The notes beneath the pieces were generated by a model. That model worked only from the letters and a program-made list of their open reading frames with translations, ran no database searches and was not told the origin of the DNA. Positions 27,201-38,300 of a stretch of 64,000 bases of DNA are shown one piece after another. The translations under genes were made by a program, and so were the position numbers. How positions within the stretch are numbered: the stretch's first letter is position 1; each line of letters starts with the position of its first letter. Origin of the DNA: Tubiluchus corallicola (lineage: Eukaryota > Animalia > Priapulida); NCBI GenBank assembly GCA_030141605.1, contig JAQGDQ010000077.1, positions 186,001 to 250,000 on the forward strand, in the 5' to 3' direction.

Positions 27201-29240
27201 ACTCACAGAATTGTAACCCCCATTCAGGCTTGAGGCCATAAAGAGACAGCCATTCAGCGTCTTAGCAAACACGGTGCAACCACTTTCATTTTCATTTCTT
27301 AAGGAAATTGATATGAGTGGAAATGCAAATACAAAATTTACTTAACAGCTTTTGCAGAAATCAACGTTGGTCTATTTAATTTTATAATATATTAAACTAT
27401 ATATATTATCATAATATATCATCCTTATATTATATATCCATACAATCGTATTGTAAACAATCACTGAAACCGCCACACATTTGCGGATTATTTTACTTTT
27501 GGGTAATTGTTCGATTTGAAAAAACTGTGTGGGCTGCTCTTCTCTTGAGGCCCTAAAATGAGTACGTTCTTATTTTGTTTAACAGTTAATCGAGGGCTGA
27601 CAACAGCAACAGCAAAGGAAAAATTCTAGTTTTGATTTTGTTGTATCATTGATTAGTATAATATTGTTTTATGTAGCTTTGCCTAGTTCAATGTTTGTCC
27701 ATCTGAAGTCACCGTCTCTTGTTAGCGTTTGGGTGGGTGACACCAGACAGTTCTATAATGGACAAACATTTTGAGTGTACACAAAGGTAGACTCTTTTCA
27801 GGGGCAGATGGGGGCTTTAAGTCCTTTTAAATTAGCAAGCGTGTTCACTTTGTCTTAACTCGCTTATAGGCTTCAAGAACAGGAGCAATATTAATCATTT
27901 TTTATTTCACAAATTAAATAATTAAATTAAATTAATTTTTAAGGGATAAATTAAAGAAGAAACTTTCAGTATGCATCACTTTGATGTTTCTTTTAACTTA
28001 ATTCTTAAGTTTAGTGTCTTCTGTAGCGTTCTTTGTCTCTTGTGCGTTTGTTATGTCAGTCAAAAATGTCAATAGCGTCTTGCATGTCAATGGGATGTGT
28101 GGCATCCTCGAAGGATGAAGCGATGAAGCTTAGATGTTGTTCGCTCAGTGATCCTGTATTGGCAAATACCATGAGTTGAATAATATATAATCATTTTATC
28201 AATTATTCATGTCTGTTTGTATTGTTAGATTATATTTTTCAGGTATGCGGTATCTTATAGTAAAATAAAACAAAATACCGGCTTCTGCGTTTTAAAGTAG
28301 TGTGGTTAAATTAAAGTTCGGAGCTCAAGGGCAAGAAAGAAAAAGAGGGTGTACTAATTAAGTCATAATTATGTAACAAAAATCTGTTTGCATTTCGAGA
28401 AAAGGACAGACTCAAAATTTGAATATAAACGTTTGCTTTGGAGTTGGGATCATATAAATCATACAGCTAAATTACTTAAAAAGAGAATTAAATAGTGTAA
28501 AAAATCTTTGCTTATATTTAGGTATCATCAGAAACACAGAACCTTTGATATGGAGTCAAACGAGGAGTTATTCTTTCGAGGTTGTTGCGTATGATTGTGG
28601 CCAGAAAGAATCTCAGCCTGCAAAGGTTGATGTTACAGTAGCAAGAATATGTACACCTGGCTGGAAAGGTGGGTAATAAACCCCAGGCAGCATACGCTTG
28701 CGCATCACATCTATGCGATATGTATTTGTGGATAGATGTTAGGTAGATTCATTTTAGTTATGTGTAGTTTAGTTAGGTTAAATTTTCAGCTAAAAATTAT
28801 TAGTGGTAACATAAATTTTTCAAAGTATCTTGAGTATCAATCTGCTGTTTGTAAGGCAAACTTTGGATTTTCATCAAATCAGGGAAGCATGTATAGTCGG
28901 TAATTGTTTTACTAAAGTTTTTGCTTACAAATAATGTCATTATGTGTTTTAATTTTAGGGATTGAAAATCGAGTGAGCTATCTTCCTGGCACCGGGAAGA
29001 AACATTTATTTCCAGATGCTTTCCTAGAACTTTGTGGTCATCACTGTGAGCCAGAAAAACTGGATGTGACAGTGACGCTAGTTAATGAACACATTGGTAA
29101 AGGATGTGACCGAGATACATACTCTAGCTCCACACTACGAAAATTATGTGGTAAGCATGACATACTTGGCCATGCCCAAATGTTACGCATCCAGTAACAT
29201 CATTACTCCGTTACACATGTTATCGTCATTTCTCTCTCTC

Positions 29241-29285
<45 letters not shown>

Positions 29286-29328
29286 TTCTCTCTCTCCCTT
29301 TCTCTCTCTCTCTCTCTCTCTCTCTCCC

Positions 29329-29377
<49 letters not shown>

Positions 29378-32300
29378 CTTAAGTAGTTCTAAACACACAC
29401 GCAAACACGCACACACACAAACACACACACACATATATATATCCTTAAATAAAAATAATACCTCAGATAGCCAAGGCAATATAGACTAGTTTTCTAATTT
29501 TGTAATACATGGTACATGTATTTGAAACTGTAGCAAAGTAAAATAAACAGATAAGTTAAGAGATTTCATGAAATCTCCTCATTATTGCCTTTCCATGCTA
29601 CTTTTACCCTTATTAATAACCAGAACAAAACGTAAATGCTGATAGCTTTCCTATTTTCATCGCAGAAGCGTTCTAGATAAAGTGAAGACCATGACGTTTG
29701 TTTCATTATATATCAGGCGCTTAGTTTTCAAAAATGTAAGTCCCAATGAGCGCGCCTGCCGGATCAAACGTTTTGGCCGATGCAATAAGTGAGCGGGTTC
29801 AAAATTTGAAGTTACTGTTTGAGTAAAGCGCGGTTCTTATAATGTATTTTAAACATCAATGGAAGCTAGTTTTTCAGAATGTTAATGAGTACGTATGATG
29901 TAGCAACTGAATGTTACATGTGGTTGTTTGTGTGGCTGGCTGGTTGTGGATTTCATTCTCATTTTTTCTGTTAAAGGTGCTTCACTGAATGCGGTTGATT
30001 TGCTCCCTGCGCCTGATCTGGGAACTGTGTGGATAAGAAACCTTCCTACTGCTGATGGCCATAATGCTGATCCGGTAAGAATTCGTGCAATTTCCTGATC
30101 TTGCCCCGTATTTTTTACTGGTGGAGTTGTTTTAACATAGACTGATTGGTACACATAGATCGCTTTAACATAGACTGTTTGGTACACATAGATCGCAGAA
30201 CGTCAATCAATCAGCGGGGTACCCCTCGCAATGACCAATGAGGCGCTTTTATTTAGCAGTTACTCGATTGTTGGGAGCTTTACTCACATGCGCAGCTACA
30301 TTTAAATATAAAGCTAAAGCGTGTGTTCATGATTATTTTTGCCTTTTTCTTGCCATAAAAGACCGTGTGCAGCTAAAATTCGTTAATAGTAGTGAAGAAT
30401 GATGAAACATTGTGCTTGGGGCAGGTGTAATGTGTACGTTCGCTATCGAAAGATTGGAAGGAGTTCGCGACTTATATTTTTCCCCAACCCAAAAAAGACA
30501 AGTGTCACCGTTGGGCCAGAGCATGCAGGAGGCCACATGAACGGCTCAAACCATTAAAAATTCATAAAAATCGTACTGTCTGCTCAGAGAAGTTTTCTAA
30601 TGTTTTATTATTACACTGTACTATAATTTATTACTACTGGCTCCATGTAGAATGTGTTCTGCTAAAACAGGACTTAACGCCCTGCAACAAGATATTCTAG
30701 ATACTGTACAACAAAAATAGGATTTCGTTGGTTGACTATGACTGTCTGAACGTACAGTAGTATAATTAAATAGTTCAGCTGGGCTAACTTACTTGATTTT
30801 TATTTAATTTATTCAGTTTTCGTGTTTATGTTAGAAATAGGTACAAGACACTAAAATAATTTGTTTTTGGTGTAAGTGTTATAAAAATTTTGCTTTACAA
30901 CACAACATGTAAAGCAAAGTTAATACACCGTTTCATATTTGTTATTTTAGTACTTTGTTGCAACTTTTATTATAACTAGCCCTTTCATTGTAACTATGTT
31001 TGAAACTTCGCAATAAATTTTGATATAGTTCACATATCCTTGCGTATAATAATTAAGTCCTCTTTGTAAGGATCAGGACAAGTTCTTATAGTTTGGAATC
31101 GTTTGGATACATTTTCCGGAATCGCCGATAAATCACTTAAAATTCACCATTCTTCGTGTTTTCACGTTTGTTTGTATACTGTAGGGACTTGCAGCGAGTG
31201 AGTGTTCGTATGAACGTGTGTTATGTGATCAAGGTGGGCGGGGCTAAACGCCGCTTGCGATCTATCTATTATATTCTGATAGAGATAAGACCTCGTAAGA
31301 CGTTTTGGTACTTAATAATGAAAATTATAATGCAGCCAAATTAAACAGAATTTTCAAGATAACCAACCAACGCAGTCTTAAAAAACGGTTAAGTTGTAGC
31401 AACCTACTTACCTCAGAGGTAATTTAGGTTAGAGTCATAACGATTCTTGTTACCCGATGACAAAATTGCTACTTAGGCCAATCACAGGTGTTTTGAAAGA
31501 GGAAACATTTTGAGTGCATTATAGTTTATTCTCTCTCTGAATCAATTATAATGTTTTGTTTTGCAGGTTTACTTTTTTGACGGCAAAACCGCAACAATTG
31601 TTCCAGACAATGTGCTGAATGGAAATTTTACGCACACATTTTCCATAGTTGTATGGATTCAGCACAGCAGTAATGCCAGCATTCACAAACATGATAAGCA
31701 TCATATTTTCTGCAGTTCTGATGATCACGGTAAAATTCACAATGATTGCATTAAATTTCGTAAAAGTGTAAACTTACTTTTATCCCTGCATATGCTAGTG
31801 AGTGTATGTCATACATGAGTTTTTGATATTTATCCAAGCAGCAAACCTGATTTAAAACAGATTTATAACATGAGCTACTGAGTGCTGCAATTATTTTTGA
31901 GTTTTGTATTCCCTCTTTAATGGTTGTATGAGGTGTAAGACTCTCAAATTGATCACGTAATATTTAGTTTCAGTAGTCTCCAAGTAAAAACCGAATGTGC
32001 AATTTTGACATTATTCTTGCCAATCATCATTTTTTCAGATCTGAGTCGTCATCATTTCTCCTTGTTCATCCGGAATTGTCGGTTGATCTTGTTGTTGAGG
32101 AGAGAGTACCTTGATGGTGACCTAAATTCCTTTCGTCCTGCTGAGTGGAGGTGGCAGATACCTCAAGTTTGTGATGGAAAATGGCATCATTATGTCATCA
32201 ATTCAGATCACAAAAAGGTGGAAAAATAACATTTGTTTGTTTAGGCTGTTTATAGGATTTTCGGTGTTACTTGTACTTGGGTCACTTATGGCTTCTTCGT

Positions 32301-35300
32301 TAACTGCTTGTTAAAAGTATTTGATTAAAACCAATAAAAATGCTTAGCTGCTCACTTTGAAATACTGGTGATTACCCAATAAGTTTTTTTGCTCTGCTGC
32401 TTATTTCTAGTTAGTCCTGTACTCTGAGTAACTTCACTGCATTTTGGGCAGTATTACAAAAGACCATTCTCGGTTGAATTCTGTAAGTCGTGTTTCATTT
32501 TCCTTCTTCAAGCTCTTCATTTATAATGTAAATTACTACCAATTGGCCTTAATAGGGCATCATAAAATTAACTCATACTAGCAAGAAATACTGTTTAAGA
32601 ATTTCAGCATAACTAGTACCTTTTAAAATTTAACATGGATTTATTCAGTGATGAAAAGAGTTATTAATCAGGTGTTTTTATTGCTTTTCTTTTTTTATAA
32701 TAGTCATCTGTAATGATTTTTTTATGATACAGATGACTTTATACATCGATGGAGAGAAATTTCTTGGAGACAAACACAATCCTGAAGCTGTAGACGACTG
32801 GCCTCTTCATGGTTTGAGAAATTCGAAAACAAAATTTGTTGTAGGAGCGTGTTGGCAAGGTAATAGTTCACCAGATCATCAGAAAGTGTTCTAATTCCGT
32901 CAATTTATAAATTGTCTTTAATTTTCCATTTTATTGACAGTAATCATGGGGCCTGCTATAATGGTTTCTGGATTTCAGGTTCAGAACAGCGAATGCAGCA
33001 GTATTTTCACGGATACTTGGGTGGTCTCTCCATCACTAGAGGTGATGTGGAGGACCCCAGGGTGATCCACTGTCTTCATAGTTGCAAAGAAAATCTGGAT
33101 TTTGGAAATCTGCAAGATCTGCAGGCAGGAACTGTAAGCAGATCTATTATATAGCTTCCTTATGCATCGTCACTTACAAGAGTCAGTTTAGTTTATTCTT
33201 ACCTACTTATTTTTACTTTCACATAGAGTCTCTTCTCTTTAATTAGGTTAATATGGATGGGTAGGGCATATGTCTCACTGCACAGCACATATTTTGAAGC
33301 TTTTAATTCTCAAATGAAGTAGTGGCATAGAACGTGTTTAATGAAAGTCTGGGAAAAAGAGGTGACTCCTGGTGTGATAGTTTCCTAGTAGGACAAGTAT
33401 TACTTCTATAAAGGATATTTATATGTAGAAAGCTTTTTAACAATGTTTGAGTCACCTCAATTGCAGGGTTTCAACGCTCTGTCTGCTAACCTTATATTCA
33501 AAGTAATGATTTACATAAAAAAATAGCGTTTTTGGTAGATGGCAAATAAAGCAATAGTTATATTTATGACTAGCTGCTTTTGCTGGTTACTTAAAAATTA
33601 TTTAAGTGTACTTCATCTGGCCATAATGCTTGGCAGCTAATGTACAGCTGTCTTATTAATCTCTGCATTGAGTAGTACTATAGTAGATGGTTTATTTGGA
33701 GCGAATATTGAAAAAAGTACAACTGTCAGAGACATATATACAACGTTTTTAGAATTGTTTTATAAGATTTCTTCTTACAATTTTTGAAAAGAGGTGCTTG
33801 AGGGTCACCCTGAAACATAAACTGTGACTTCTCACGACAGCTTTTTTCTTCAGGAAGTAACATTTAACAGTGAAATGTCAGAGATCACATTATCTGCTGT
33901 ATCTGTTCAGACGTTGTCTAAACTGGTGCAAAATGTCTCCTATGTCAACCTAAGAGATTTCCCAACACCGGGACATCGAAGAGTCAAACTTGCAACTGAC
34001 ATTAGGTACAATATTACTAGAGTAGTTTGATCTAAAAAATTTTTCTACTGCTGTAATCTTAAGTCCGTATCAAAAAGTTGCACCATGTGTGATGTGACAG
34101 TTAGAGTTATAATTGCTTGTGCTATAAAATGAATTACTGAATGTTGCTGTACTTTGCAGCAAGTTATACATCTGAAAACAAGGAGAAGCTTATTCTTTTT
34201 TCTATTACTGCCATATGTTTCCATTATTAACTTATATTATTTTGTGGCACTTGTGGTACACATATAAGTACAACTATGCATGCTTGCTTACAACTCTGTG
34301 CTATGGTTGATTTATTTCACCTTTTGCTACTGGCACTCAGATTTAAAAAGTGATTTTCTAGTTGGATGCAAATTTTGAAATTGAAGAAAAACTAATTTGT
34401 GTTCAAAATGTGGACAGATTCAGCCCAAGCAAATATCTGCGTGTAAGCTGAATTAATTTGTATGTAAATTGGTTTTCACTTCAAATCGGCTAATCCACGT
34501 GACGTGATTCCTTAGAAGATGCAGACCTTCTAACTGAAATGACTTGCTTAGTGAGAGCGATTTTTTCAAACCATAGGTCATTTTGGCCTATGCAATAAAA
34601 TATATATTTTACTACGTAGATGGTGGGAGCCACCTAGATACCAGCTACCCGTAACGTCCTTGGTGTGTTGTAACAATGGCTGAAATCTTGCAAAAGGCTA
34701 AATTTATATACTAAATTATGCCCTGCATGACGTGACTATTTTTCCTTTCAGCATTTGGAACTACTTTTTAAAACTATGGTCTAAATTTTGTACTGTTTTC
34801 TTTTAAACATTGATTGAGCATTTATTCTTAACGCGGTAATTTCAAAGTCATTTTCTGTTATGTCCTCCTGCAGTACTACTAGTTAATGTCATATTATGTT
34901 GTTTAGAATTCTAGCATCTGACCCTGTTAATTCACAATTAATTTCATGATGAATTCAATATCACGTCATGTAGTCTATTGATGTGTCCACGGCCCAAAGC
35001 TGTTGCCAAATGTATTGTTGTAATGTATTACATTAATTGTATTATATTGCATTGCATTGCATTATATTGTGTTCGTTCTGTGGTGCACTGTAAATTGAGT
35101 TACATTGCACTACATTACATTGTATTTTAAGGCCCTGCAATGTGTTACATTATGCTGCCTTGCATTGCATTGTAACGTTCAAGTTTTAAGCAAGTCATAG
35201 TTTTTACATATTATATTGTATTAACAAATTTTTTTACAATTGCAGATGTAAACAGCCGTCATCTATGACATTTTTAGATATGGAATCACTGATAGTTGTT

Positions 35301-38300
35301 CAGCAAGAGAGGCTACCAATAATCACCATTGCAGGAGTGCCAAACATAGCCAGGGGTTATGTGCAGCTAAAAAAAGGAGTTCCCATTCTTTCTCAAATTC
35401 GCTTGAATATTGAAGACAACACTGATGAAAATTATATAGATGGTAAATTTTATCATTTGCATCTCCTTTAGTTATTGTATCTAATTACAAAGTTGTGGTT
35501 TTGGCTACATTTAGCTAATATTACATAAACTTGCTAGTCGGATTTGTCCTTACCTGCTTTCGCTTTCATCTCCAGGTTTCATTGAATACTTCATTTTGCT
35601 TAACCTGATTACCTACCTGGTTAACTCCCATAAAACTTATAGGATAGACAGTTATGCTGGGTGCTCAGACAATGGTGTGGTTTAAAAGCTGAATTGTTTT
35701 AGGGTCCGAGATAGGAGCCAAATGTGCAAATTAAGGCATCCAGTTTTAATTTGTGTTAACTCCCGCGGAATCTACAGGGATGGCAGCTGTGGTGGACGCT
35801 CAGACAGTGGTATGGCTCAAAAAGCTGGGATTGTTTAAGGGTCTAAGATAGGAGCCAAAATGTAAAAACTAGTGCATCCAGGTTTAAATCATCTAGGCCT
35901 AGAGTGCCGAACTTGTAGGGTAGATACCTGGGGGAGGGCTTGACAGTTGGCTGGTGAATGGTGACCTCACTCAAGAGGTCAAGCACATGTCTTCGATTGC
36001 CATTCAACTCTTGCTATTCTAGGGATACCCAAGTTTTTTCATGAGTATTTGGGTATTGCGGGGAAGATGTGAACCTGAAATTTTCAAATAGCTGGAATTC
36101 TTTAAGGGCCCAAAATGCAAGAGAATTGAATGTTAACCACACTCGACTAGAATGAGAAAGGTGTAAAGTTTAAACACAGTCACAGCGTTATAATGGCGGA
36201 TTTGGATCTGAATCTATTTAGTCTTGTTCACTTAAAGGTTAATATTTTATTTTATATTTATTTTATATTTATCCATATATAAATATCGTGTTAAATGTTG
36301 CTTGTAGTTTATCGGAGGACTTGAAAATAAAGCTACCGTTAGCGTTGGTAGTATTTTACGACATATGAAATTGCAATGGCTACATGTAGGCTCAAATTTC
36401 AGAAGAGAGGCTTGTCTAAAAACAACTTCTGAAATCTTTTTACTTGTTGACGCTTTTTCCTCTTTTTTGGTATAGCTTGTATTAAACTTAGCTAAACTTT
36501 TAAAAATTATTGCAGGTCAATAGTCACACACACGAAAATATACTTCTTAAATAGTATAGACTAATCATCATATGGAATAGCAATATACAATTAGTTAATA
36601 TAAGACCCGATTTGTAACGTTGATCTAATAGGTATCATCAAAAAATGTATTCCTTGAAAACAAATTAATGCTATTTTAATGTTAGTTACTCGGCTACGAT
36701 TTGTAATTTATTTTTCTATAGACGTTCTAGATACAATTTCACATCAATTGGATTCTTGCTCCTTGGCTGTTGATCCACCACTGATGAATCCAGACCACGA
36801 ACAATTTATCTTTCCAAAAGCTTTGGTTAAAGAACTGGGCTTGGATGCTAAACAAACACCCGAGGGGCTTATTATAGCAGGTAAGGCTATACAATTTTGG
36901 CATGGTGCATTGGCCTGCTACGCAAGTTGTCTTTTCCAGGGGTTCTTAACACAATTCTTCTAGTTTTAGAGTTTCTGTTTTCTAAAAACATATAACGTGT
37001 TTGACAAAACTTAAAGCCAGTTCGAAGATATTATCTTTATGGGTACATTAATGTCGGAATTGAGTTTAACTAATCTTTGGGTGTGTAGATAGTTTATGGT
37101 GCTTCTAGGTAGAGTATATTTGAAACCTGACTGATTGCTGAATCAGTTTTTAACCAGGATGTTCCTACCATATCCTTCATGACTTAACTAGACGTTGTGC
37201 GCATTACTAAGAATTTTTTCCGACACTAGTATATTTATTATTCAACTTGCAAACTTGTTTGCTCTGCGCAATCGATGCCATTAATAAATATGTAAATTTA
37301 AACTAATCATAATATCGTCTGAATAAACGTCGGCATTACTTGAATAAACTGAACACTAAGGTCATAAATAAATTTTTATTCTTGTTTTTTTTGCAGGCGT
37401 TCAGAAATCTGTTAATTATGAAAACGTGTTGAGGCAGCTATTGTATAAAAACTCCAAACCTGTTTATTATTTGAGCCGCACATTCAGACTGAAATGCAGT
37501 GAGCTGAGTAGAAGATTTAACAGCAATGAATTTCAAGTAGAAGTGCGTGATTATTTTTCTTCTTGTTCTGGCTTTTTAATAATTTCGCACCCTCTGTTTC
37601 ATTTGTTTGTTTACTGCAGGCTGTCTATAGGTATGTACAGACATACCGCCCCTTCTCCTTCCAGCTTTTTCCTCTTTTTTCTGCTCATTTTCTTTTTCTT
37701 TCTTTTCTTTTCTCCTCTCCCTTTTCTTTTTCAGGTACGCCACTTTTTCTTTCACTCCCCTTTTCTCTCTTTCTCTCTCTTCTTCCCCAGTCTCTTGTAT
37801 CTACCATACAGGTAAATAGACATGGCTTGACGTTGAGAACATGAAAGTATTGTTATAGCAACTGGAGAGCACGACTTGATGTGATTATTTGATAACATAT
37901 AATTTTACATATTGTATTTCGATGTTGTTATAAATTCTGGTAATTTTTTTTGTTTCAGATGCCTTGATAATAAACAATTTTGTTCGAAAATAAATTTTAT
38001 ATTGATGTATTTATATATTGTTTGTTATGCAGTTGAGTGTCATCCATACTCATGTGGAACCTGCTAAGGTACACAATGCACAAAGACATCCTAGTATACA
38101 CGTTGAAATGCCTAGATTTCACACCGGACAACACACGTTGATGGGTGGCCGACCTCAGTCATCAGTTGGTAAATATAGATATAGTGTTAGTGTGTGCTGT
38201 TATGATGATAAAATAAATGTGTTTATTAAAATTTCAATTAGTAATATGCCCCAACATGCATAATTTTTTCTTAATAATTTACATTGTAGCGATTGTAATT

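Noticed and set aside
32940-32978. Alternative upstream acceptor ttgacag for a calsyntenin exon
   Set aside because: Shifts the frame relative to the phase-1 upstream exon
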